Assembly (NCBI GenBank): GCA_963754925.1
Contig: CAVWHX010000004.1
Coordinates: 64,001-128,000, forward strand
Origin: an uncultured delta proteobacterium
Lineage (GTDB): Bacteria; Myxococcota; B64-G9
Direction: 5' to 3'
Length of the DNA stretch: 64,000 nt
The notes below the pieces were generated by a model. That model was not told where the DNA came from. It searched no databases and worked only from the letters and a program-made list of their open reading frames with translations. The translations under genes and the position numbers were made by a program. Of this stretch, positions 1-9,292 are shown in pieces (positions within the stretch are counted from its first letter, which is position 1; each line of letters begins with the position of its first letter).

Positions 1-708
1 TATCAGGCTAAGGTAAACCTGGAATACTCAACCATTATCGCGCCGATTAATGGAGTGGTGATCTCTCGTAATGTTGATGTCGGACAGACGGTCGCAGCTT
101 CATTGCAAGCGCCGATACTTTTTACGATTGCCGAAGATCTCCGCAAGATGCAGGTGGACACCAGCGTGGCTGAGGCTGATGTCGGTAAGATTCATGATGG
201 TATGACGGCCACCTTCACCGTCGACGCCTATCCCAACGAACGTTTTACCGGCACGGTGCGCCAGGTTCGTAACGCGGCTCAGATAGTGCAAAACGTCGTC
301 ACCTACGACGCGGTTATTGATGTCGCAAATCCCGACTTGAAGCTCCGGCCGGGCATGACCGCCAACGCGATTTTTATTTACGCCGAAAAGGAAGATGTCT
401 TGCGGATTCCTAACGCTTCGCTGCGTTTTCACCCCACGGCCCAAATGCTGTCGCAAGCAGCAGGTGGGGACCCACCCATCGTTGCCAAGGCTGACCCATC
501 CAGCGGCAGAACCATATGGGTACAGCACCAGGGAGAAGCAAAACCCATCACCGTCAAGACGGGCATCACCGATGGCACGCTCACCGAGGTTTCCGGCGAT
601 ACCATTCATGAAGGCGATCTCGTCGTCATTGACGTTCTTGGCGGAGCGGGCACGACGACTTCCGGTCCTGCCGGGGGAATGGGTGCGGGCATGCGCCGGG
701 GATTCTGA
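1..708 (+). CDS. MacA-like efflux periplasmic adaptor (5'-truncated by window)
   Basis: Frame open from base 1 (YQAKVNLEYSTIIAPINGVVISRNVDVGQTVAASLQAP...LRPGMTA); membrane-fusion protein motifs; first gene of adaptor-ATPase-permease-TolC operon. Confidence 0.9.
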   Translation, partial: YQAKVNLEYSTIIAPINGVVISRNVDVGQTVAASLQAPILFTIAEDLRKMQVDTSVAEADVGKIHDGMTATFTVDAYPNERFTGTVRQVRNAAQIVQNVVTYDAVIDVANPDLKLRPGMTANAIFIYAEKEDVLRIPNASLRFHPTAQMLSQAAGGDPPIVAKADPSSGRTIWVQHQGEAKPITVKTGITDGTLTEVSGDTIHEGDLVVIDVLGGAGTTTSGPAGGMGAGMRRGF

Positions 709-715
709 GGTCAGC

Positions 716-1473
716 ATGAGGGATGACAACTCACTGCTCGTGCTCGAAAACGTATCCAAGATTTATCGCATGGGTGATGTGGAGGTCCATGCGTTGCGAG
801 GTGTTTCACTAACCGTGCACGAGGGTGATTTCGTGGCCATCATGGGCGCCTCGGGCTCGGGAAAGTCGACGCTGATGAATATTTTTGGATGCCTTGACCA
901 CCCCACCACGGGACATTTCTTTTTGGGCGGGCGAGACGTCTCAGGATTGGACCGCAACACCCTGGCCGAGATCCGCAACCACACCATTGGTTTTGTATTC
1001 CAAAACTTCAATTTACTGACGCGCACCAGCGCCCTGGAAAACGTGGAACTGCCCCTGCTCTACAGCGGGAGCTCCACCCGCGACCGGATTAAACGCGCCC
1101 ATGAGGCCCTCGATCACGTGGGCCTCGGCGACCGCGCCAACCATCATCCCAACCAAATGTCGGGCGGACAACAGCAACGAGTTGCCATCGCGCGCTCAAT
1201 AGTGTCAAAACCCAAAGTTATCCTGGCCGACGAGCCGACGGGCAACCTCGACTCGCAAACCAGCGTCGAGATCCTGGCGCTCTTTCAGGAGTTGGGGCGC
1301 GATGGCATGACCATTATCCTGGTAACGCACGAACCCGATATCGCCGCCTATGCTTCCCGAATCATTATGATGAAGGACGGTCGGATCCAATCCGACCAGC
1401 GTCAGAATCAAAAATCAGCGCGGCTTCGTACCGGTTCGCCTGGTGTTGAAGCAGCACAAGAGGTGTCGCTGGC

Positions 1474-1477
<4 letters not shown>
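716..1477 (+). CDS. ABC transporter ATP-binding subunit (MacB/LolD-type)
   Basis: Walker [10 protein letters not shown], signature [22 protein letters not shown] at 716 is the likely start within the longer 395..1477 ORF. Confidence 0.93.
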
Positions 1478-2702
<1,225 letters not shown>

Positions 2703-2703
<1 letters not shown>

Positions 2704-4040
2704 TGCGACTTATATCCATACCACTTTTATTGATGCTGGCTACCGATGGCCTGGCGGCGGAACCCGCCGACAAGATCATTTCTCTTGACGAGGCGCTCAA
2801 AACCGCCATAGAGAACCAACCGCAGCTGCGCCAAGCCAAGGCGACCGTCGCGGCGGCAAAAGCGCTCGCCGACGAGGCGTTCGCGCCGCTTTTGCCCCAG
2901 GTAACCGGCACCGGAACCTACACACGGAAAACGGGTAACTTCGCGCAAAACCCGGGCTTGACACCACCCTCAATCTCAAGCACCAGCACTACTTCAACCA
3001 AACCAGCACCCGCACCCTCTCCTTTCACGACGTATAATTACTTCAACTTCGGCGTGAGCGTGAACCAACTCATCTACGATTTTAACTATACCAAGGGCGC
3101 TTACGACGCCGCAAAGATGACCATCACCTCCCAAGAGAAAACCGAGCGCGCGACGCTGCTTCAAGTCCAGTTGAACGTCCGCACTGCCTATTTTGCGGCG
3201 AGAGCATACAAGGCATTAGTAAAAGTGGCGCAGGAAACACTCGAAAACCAACAAAGCCATTTAGCCCAGACCCAAGGTTTCGTAGATGTCGGAACGCACC
3301 CGGAGATCGACTTGGCGCTGGCGCGCACCAATGTCGCCAATGCGCGGGTGCAACTCATTACGGCTGAAAACAATTACGAAACCGGCAAGGCCCAACTGAA
3401 CCTGGCGATGGGTGTCGAGATGCCGACCACGTATGATGTCTCCGATGAAACTTCTTCAGCGCTGGAAGGCGAAGATCAAAGTTTGGATAATCTCCTTGCA
3501 GAGGCCCGCAAGGCGCGCCCTGAGATCGCTTCTCTCGAAAGCCAGATACGATCCCAGGAGCTGACGCTCAGTTCCTACAAAGGTCAATACTGGCCAAGTC
3601 TCGGTGTCTCGACCGGTCTTACCGATGCCGGATCCTATATTACCAACCTGAAATGGAATTGGAATGCCGCGTTGACGCTTACCTGGCTCCTGTATCAAGG
3701 AGGTCTCACCATGGCGGAGGTACGTGACGCGCATGCGAATATTCTTGGTCTACAGGCCCAGCTCGACGCAGAGAAAAACCAAGTTCGCCTTGAGGTCGAC
3801 CAAGCCCGTCTCGCGGTGCGGGCCACGAAGGCCACAACCGACGCGGCGGATGACGCAATCACGAATGCCCGGGAACAGCTCAGGCTCGCGGAAGGACGGT
3901 ACCAGACCGGCGTGGGAAACGCGATTGAGCTGAGCGATTCGCAGCTCGCGCTCACCAATGCGTTGGCCCAGAAGATTCAGGCCGACTACAACCTGGCGAC
4001 AGCTCGGGCGCAACTAATTAAAGCTTTAGGACGGTTTTAG
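2703..4040 (+). CDS. TolC-family outer membrane efflux protein
   Basis: Signal peptide, two OEP-like helical repeats, C-terminal YNLATARAQLIKALG; translationally coupled to the permease. Confidence 0.88.
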
Positions 4041-4063
4041 TCAGAGTACGGAGCAATTGCTTC

Positions 4064-4255
4064 ATGATGAAAGTTCGTGATATTATAAAATTGATTGAGC
4101 AAGACGGTTGGTTTCCGGTTGCCATTAAAGGAAGTCATCGGCAATACAAACATTCTTCAAAACCCGGCAGAGTAACCGTTGCTGGAAAAGCATCCGATGA
4201 TATAGCACCAGGAACCTTAAACAGCATTCTCAAACAAGCTCAATTGAAAGTATAA
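4064..4255 (+). CDS. hicA: HicA-family toxin (mRNA interferase)
   Basis: 63 aa; DGW...KGSHRQYKH...GRVTV...PGTLNSILKQA. Confidence 0.9.
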   Translation: MMKVRDIIKLIEQDGWFPVAIKGSHRQYKHSSKPGRVTVAGKASDDIAPGTLNSILKQAQLKV

Positions 4256-4267
4256 GAGGTGTCAATC

Positions 4268-4480
4268 ATGAGAAAATTCCTTATCGTAATCGAAAAGGCA
4301 AAAAACAATTATTCCGCATATTCACCCGATCTTCCCGGATGCATTGCAACAGGTAAGACAATAAAGGAAACTGAAAAAAACATGTATGAAGCTATTGAAT
4401 TTCATTTAGAGGGGCTCAAAGAAGATCGAATTCCATACCCTAAATCTTCCGCTATCGCAGAATACGTAGTTATTCAATAG
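4268..4480 (+). CDS. hicB: Short HicB-family antitoxin, no DNA-binding domain
   Basis: YSAYSPDLPGCIATGKT...EAIEFHLEGL; directly follows hicA. Confidence 0.88.
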   Translation: MRKFLIVIEKAKNNYSAYSPDLPGCIATGKTIKETEKNMYEAIEFHLEGLKEDRIPYPKSSAIAEYVVIQ

Positions 4481-4486
4481 GGTTAG

Positions 4487-6268
4487 TTACGGAAGCGAAA
4501 ATGACGCGGTCGATTCAATCCCGGTAAGCTGCAGGATTTCGTCATTGCTTTTGCCGTTATTCTTGATACGCAGCGGAATAGGCATGACGAAATACTGATC
4601 CGGATTTACCGCCCACGGTTTGCTTTGGGTAACGGTCACTTCTATATTGCCGGCTTTCTCGGTATGCTTTTCAGAAAGCGATAACAGCCCGAGACCATAG
4701 AGCCATTCGTTAAAGAACCAGTCCATATTCTGTCCTGACGTCTGTGTAATCAGGTTTGTAAATTCAATGGTCGTAGCCGCCGTGAAAGGATGAGCATCAC
4801 GAAATTGTTGGAGACTATTCATCAGCGTTGGGGTTCCGATCACCGATTCAAGCATCCTGAGAACCCAGGCGCCTTTGATGTAATAGATTTGCGGCACCAT
4901 GGTGGAGGTGTCTGTAGGGACCAAAGGATAATCCTGCCCCCCTCCCTGATAATACGAAAACAGCGGCTCCACTTCCCACAACCAGATCGCCTGGCCTTCC
5001 GTATTTCCGCGGATGCTACCCACGGCGTCGCCGGCCGCAAAGTCAGCCATGCCTTCTTGCAGCCACAGATCGGCCGATGAGCCGATGAACACATCATTTC
5101 CCCACCACTGGTGCGCCAATTCATGCGCCAGATAGAAATCCCGCTCGGCGAAAGAGCCGGTTCCATCATCGTCCCAGGTATAATTCGGGACAATCACCAA
5201 ACCCGGCGTGGATTCGCCGCTGGTAAAACGCTCATCCACCCCGGCAAAACTAATGGTATCAAACGCCGGTTCACCAAACCACGTGCGATACAAATTGCAA
5301 TACGACGACAGCACCGGTCCATAGGTTGAGGGCTTAATAGGATAGTTGTCGATGCTTTTCCCGGGAATAGCGTATATCTCTATCACCGTATTACCGCACT
5401 GGCCGGTAGCCGTCTCATACTTTGCAAGCGCCAAATCCATGTTTCCCTGAAATGGAAAAGTGATATTCCAGGTGTCTGTTTTAGATTGCCCATCAAGCGA
5501 AACCACCGATGCTGATCTGGCGCCCGACATCACCAGCGTTTGATCGGCCGGATAAGTGACCTGAAAAGTAAGGTTATTCAAAATGGATTGTCCCACCAAC
5601 CACGGCCAAAATTGATAATCCAACGCAAAGAACGTAGAGTTTTCACTTAACAGATCGCCGAGAAAGTTGATGTCGCCCTCATTAGAGTAATCCACCGTCA
5701 CATTAACATCGGCATCACTCCACGAAATTTCGACGGTCAATGGCGTTCCGGCGGTAAAGGGGGATGCGGGGGTGATGGTAAGGATATCGTTTGCATAAGA
5801 AGACGAAGACGTTTCATCTAAACCATTCACCTGTACCGAACCGACGCTTTTTGCCGACAATGAAAACGCTAGATTCGGTAAAACTTGGCTGGGAGCGCTC
5901 AAGGTTAACGTTGCCGCACCCGACAAGCTGAGGTTTGCCGGATCAAGAGTCAGAGAAACCGCTTCGGCATCAACCTCGACCGGTTGCGATGAAGAAACAC
6001 CGTCAAGAATTTTCTGGGTAAGCGCACTGCGATATAAAAGTGATTCATTTCGCATCCGATCATACCTGGTTGCGCGCGAGGAAAGGGCAGATGACAAGCT
6101 ACCCGTTGTTGATGCGACCAAGTCGTCACGCAATAAACGAGCGTCGGGGTCCACTTGTACCTGCACGCCGCCCTTTCCGCACGAGAGCAGGTAAAGTGGT
6201 AACCACGCCCAAAGCCATAGTGAGCGTCGTAGAAACTTCACCAACTCCAATTCACAATAGTTTCTCAT
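4487..6268 (-). CDS. M1-family zinc metallopeptidase, predicted lipoprotein
   Basis: HELAHQWWGN...WLQEGMA (HExxH-x18-E), YYIKGAWVLRML; lipobox LLSC. Confidence 0.85.
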   Translation of the reverse strand: MRNYCELELVKFLRRSLWLWAWLPLYLLSCGKGGVQVQVDPDARLLRDDLVASTTGSLSSALSSRATRYDRMRNESLLYRSALTQKILDGVSSSQPVEVDAEAVSLTLDPANLSLSGAATLTLSAPSQVLPNLAFSLSAKSVGSVQVNGLDETSSSSYANDILTITPASPFTAGTPLTVEISWSDADVNVTVDYSNEGDINFLGDLLSENSTFFALDYQFWPWLVGQSILNNLTFQVTYPADQTLVMSGARSASVVSLDGQSKTDTWNITFPFQGNMDLALAKYETATGQCGNTVIEIYAIPGKSIDNYPIKPSTYGPVLSSYCNLYRTWFGEPAFDTISFAGVDERFTSGESTPGLVIVPNYTWDDDGTGSFAERDFYLAHELAHQWWGNDVFIGSSADLWLQEGMADFAAGDAVGSIRGNTEGQAIWLWEVEPLFSYYQGGGQDYPLVPTDTSTMVPQIYYIKGAWVLRMLESVIGTPTLMNSLQQFRDAHPFTAATTIEFTNLITQTSGQNMDWFFNEWLYGLGLLSLSEKHTEKAGNIEVTVTQSKPWAVNPDQYFVMPIPLRIKNNGKSNDEILQLTGIESTASFSLP

Positions 6269-7265
6269 AAAATACTTCTTCTCGATCCTCAGTTGCCAGC
6301 GCCTTTTTTACTCGCGCACCAAAGGTTTTAGCCGCTATCTGATGATATCCCGCGATGCGTGCCATATCTTGAGCGTACACATCGTCCTTGGCAACGCTTG
6401 TCAACAATCGTTGTATACCTTCGTGCTGCGCCGCGCAATAGATGGCTGTGTAAAGCTCCTTTTCCACGCCAAGCGGCATTACGAGCGCATTGACCAATGA
6501 TAATCGCACTAAACCAGTTTTATTCCTTGAGCTAAATTTATACAAGACGGCACATCCTAGTTGAACCCCTCGCCCCGCATGAGCGACAAAAAGCATAACC
6601 CGATTGTTACATTGAAATATTTCTGCCGATTCGCCACCGGTAAGGCGCTTATCACTCTGCAAAATGCCATAGATCACTTCAGACCGGGTTTCCTGAGTGA
6701 CCACAACACTACCCATCAAGGCGGTGGTTACCACCGCGCCGATTTGTTTGCTGAGCTTGTCGCCAATCCACGCGCCTTTCCATAGGCGCTTGATGACCGG
6801 CCATTGTTCTGCAACATCAAGCACAAAATACATCATGTCACTGTATGCCAACCCCCCAAGGCGGAAGAATTCCCCATCAATAGAATTCCACGATTCGTTC
6901 CGGCGATAGGCTACTACTCTGCCGAGCAGCTTACTCTTATGAATCGGTCCTTGCGCGGCGCGACTTATGTCCCCCCGCGCCCAAAAATGGTCTCCTTCAA
7001 CTTTGACCACCCGGTGACTGAGGGTTTTCCCCTCCCATTCAAAAGCAGCCACCCAGCCCTTTTTAATTTCCGCGGAAGAAGCAACCGGCTCAACGCGTAA
7101 GCGATCGCCCGAGCTAAGCCAGGGCCACATACAATTACCAAAGATCACCGGTTCATTCTGCTTCAACTGTGTACTATGAATATGTACCGGTAGTATCACC
7201 GTGGCTGGTTCACCAGGAATAATGACAAAATCGACTTCATCCGCTTTATCACTATTTACCATCAA
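6252..7265 (-). CDS. S24/S26-like peptidase domain (GNCMWP...HRVV...RGD) fused to a degenerate GNAT-like domain
   Basis: N-terminus follows the GxSMxP/HRV/KGD pattern with Cys in place of Ser; C-terminal ~110 aa follows GNAT spacing (V..L..GV...L...A...G...L...V...A......GY). Confidence 0.6.
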   Translation of the reverse strand: MMVNSDKADEVDFVIIPGEPATVILPVHIHSTQLKQNEPVIFGNCMWPWLSSGDRLRVEPVASSAEIKKGWVAAFEWEGKTLSHRVVKVEGDHFWARGDISRAAQGPIHKSKLLGRVVAYRRNESWNSIDGEFFRLGGLAYSDMMYFVLDVAEQWPVIKRLWKGAWIGDKLSKQIGAVVTTALMGSVVVTQETRSEVIYGILQSDKRLTGGESAEIFQCNNRVMLFVAHAGRGVQLGCAVLYKFSSRNKTGLVRLSLVNALVMPLGVEKELYTAIYCAAQHEGIQRLLTSVAKDDVYAQDMARIAGYHQIAAKTFGARVKKALATEDREEVFYEKLL

Positions 7266-7296
7266 GAAAGTTACCTTAATGATTGTCGCTCATCAA

Positions 7297-8304
7297 TTAC
7301 CCAACAATGCCGTGTCTACGGTAGTATTGTTCTGCCCGTAGCATCGTTGTGCCGATCAGTTCTTTGCGTAGCTCTAAATCGCCGGCAATGCGCTTGCTAA
7401 CTTTTGCTACCACCTCCGGATCGCTCAATGCTCTCACGCACAGTTGGCACGGATGCAGGTTTTTTTCTTTGGGCGATACCGTGATCCCGGCCAATCTCAT
7501 CACGCCGGCTGGACCACGGCTGATCAGTGCTGCCAAGAGATACGAGCGTTCAGCGCGGTCGAGGATGACTGAAAGCGGCGTTGTCAGCACATTCCCGAGC
7601 GTCAGTATGCGGTTATGAAACTCGAACATATAAGAAGAGCAACAGGCGTTGACTTCACCGTTCGGTAGAACCAAGGCTCCCAATGCCGCTGGGCAAGCGT
7701 TCTTGTTATCTGGTCCGACTCGATCCCTTGGAAGAAATGCTCCCTCGCCAATGTGGTCAAGCGTGTAGGTTTTAACTCTATCGACCATCGCTTTCAATTC
7801 ATTATTTGAGATACATTGGTTTATCGAGGATACGGCCCGACATCCAACCCCTTTGATCTCAACATATAAACCGAGCTCATGGGCGCGCCTGATCAACCAG
7901 AGCGCATTCTCTATCGGGATGGACGGCATATGGTAATCATCGATACTGATCGCAATACCACCCAATCCGGCTTGACTCAGATCTGAGATAATCCGATTAG
8001 CTCGCCCTCTATTGAGGGTCCATTGCGCATTGGTGACTACCCCGCTCTTGCGCCCTTTTTGGGATATTCTCTCGACCAGGCGCAGCAGACGCCGTGGGTG
8101 CAGAAACGGCTCTCCACCGGTAATCCCGATCCCAGCGACATCGTCGGGAAGGTCGGATAGAACCGCGTCAACCACCGCCGGCGTATAGGTATCGCGCCGT
8201 CTGATGTCTTTCTGGATAAAGCAATGGCGGCAGCGGGAATTACAATGCCAACTGGGCGCTATCGTGATGAGCTTATGCCGAAAGATAGGTTCTTTTGTAA
8301 GCAC
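7297..8304 (-). CDS. Radical SAM protein with C-terminal twitch-like Cys domain (YydG/EpeE-like)
   Basis: CNSRCRHC, TGGEPFL, TNAQW, ISIDDYH, CP...NGEVNACCSS, CQLC. Confidence 0.85.
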   Translation of the reverse strand: MLTKEPIFRHKLITIAPSWHCNSRCRHCFIQKDIRRRDTYTPAVVDAVLSDLPDDVAGIGITGGEPFLHPRRLLRLVERISQKGRKSGVVTNAQWTLNRGRANRIISDLSQAGLGGIAISIDDYHMPSIPIENALWLIRRAHELGLYVEIKGVGCRAVSSINQCISNNELKAMVDRVKTYTLDHIGEGAFLPRDRVGPDNKNACPAALGALVLPNGEVNACCSSYMFEFHNRILTLGNVLTTPLSVILDRAERSYLLAALISRGPAGVMRLAGITVSPKEKNLHPCQLCVRALSDPEVVAKVSKRIAGDLELRKELIGTTMLRAEQYYRRHGIVG

Positions 8305-8316
8305 CGGTCCTGCCGC

Positions 8317-9087
8317 CTATAGAAACCGAGACACATCCGAATCAACGCGAAAATTGAGAATATAACTTTTTACCTCAGCCGCCAATGACAGCATGCTCTG
8401 ATATACTTTTGCACGGCTCACGTGATCAACCGCTGGAACAATGAGGTGAGCCGGCATCTGTGCCAGCGCCCGCTTGGGATCAAGCGGTAGACAACGCTCA
8501 TTGGAGCGCTTTGTTAAAAAGCACAACCCGGCGATGGGGGCCGCGACATTGGGGCTGGGTGAGCCGGAATTATCCGGCAACGGCACGCCAAACGCCCACC
8601 ATTTTCCGCGTATGCGCCGCACCGCAATCTTATCGTCGTTGACATAGGTCATACGAGAGGCATGCCGGGCAATGGTGGATTTTCCGGCGCCCGACTGGCC
8701 TAAAAAGATATATGCCCGCTGATCGCGGAATAAACCAGCCGCATGGAGCAACAACCCGGATCTCTCGGATAACGCCGCGACAATGAGATGGCCTAATGCA
8801 AGCGAAATTGCACCTGGGTGTAAACTATGCACCAGGACCTTCATTTGCTCTTTAGAGATCAACTGAGCAGTTACCATTGAAGGAAGATCATCTGCGTTAA
8901 GATATTGTGCTGTGTTCCGGCTGAACTGTCGGGCCTGATTCACTATTTCAAGACGAAGGGGGCAATGCCTTTTACTAGGCCGCATAAAGCCCTTAACAAG
9001 TTGCCCAAGTGATTTATTTACGATATTACAGCTTGTGATCTCGAGATCAACCTGACACACCCGGATGTTGACATTCAAACTACCCAA
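8317..9087 (-). CDS. HPr-kinase-like P-loop protein of the type found in RRE/peptide-modification clusters
   Basis: LLLHAAG...FLGQSGAGKST...VNDD; the start may be a few codons downstream. Confidence 0.75.
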   Translation of the reverse strand: MGSLNVNIRVCQVDLEITSCNIVNKSLGQLVKGFMRPSKRHCPLRLEIVNQARQFSRNTAQYLNADDLPSMVTAQLISKEQMKVLVHSLHPGAISLALGHLIVAALSERSGLLLHAAGLFRDQRAYIFLGQSGAGKSTIARHASRMTYVNDDKIAVRRIRGKWWAFGVPLPDNSGSPSPNVAAPIAGLCFLTKRSNERCLPLDPKRALAQMPAHLIVPAVDHVSRAKVYQSMLSLAAEVKSYILNFRVDSDVSRFL

Positions 9088-9102
9088 CCTCCCCTTGGAT
9101 AA

Positions 9103-9249
9103 CTATTTCCCTCTCTGAGGCGCCTCCCGGAATGGACCAAAACCACCACTTGGATTTGTTCCAAAAGAGTTGGTCACCATCTCGATTTTTTTTGAGGAGA
9201 TGTTTGGTTTGACATACCGGTTCTTTTTTTTATTGCCTCGAATTTTCAT
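9103..9249 (-). CDS. Putative RiPP precursor peptide, 48 aa (not in ORF track)
   Basis: Manual translation MKIRGNKKKNRYVKPNISSKKIEMVTNSFGTNPSGGFGPFREAPQRGK*; GGAGG RBS; Lys-rich leader with YxxP motif; directly upstream of the kinase and radical SAM genes. Confidence 0.8.
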   Translation of the reverse strand: MKIRGNKKKNRYVKPNISSKKIEMVTNSFGTNPSGGFGPFREAPQRGK

Positions 9250-9292
9250 GGCCGTTTCCTCCAACCACCACGGTTCTAATAAAACTTAACAA

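Noticed and set aside
9103..9249. Lasso peptide precursor (YxxP leader, Thr near a possible cleavage site, RRE and kinase nearby)
   Set aside because: No Asp/Glu at core positions 7-9 for either Thr(-2) register, and no asparagine-synthetase-like cyclase or B2 protease in the window
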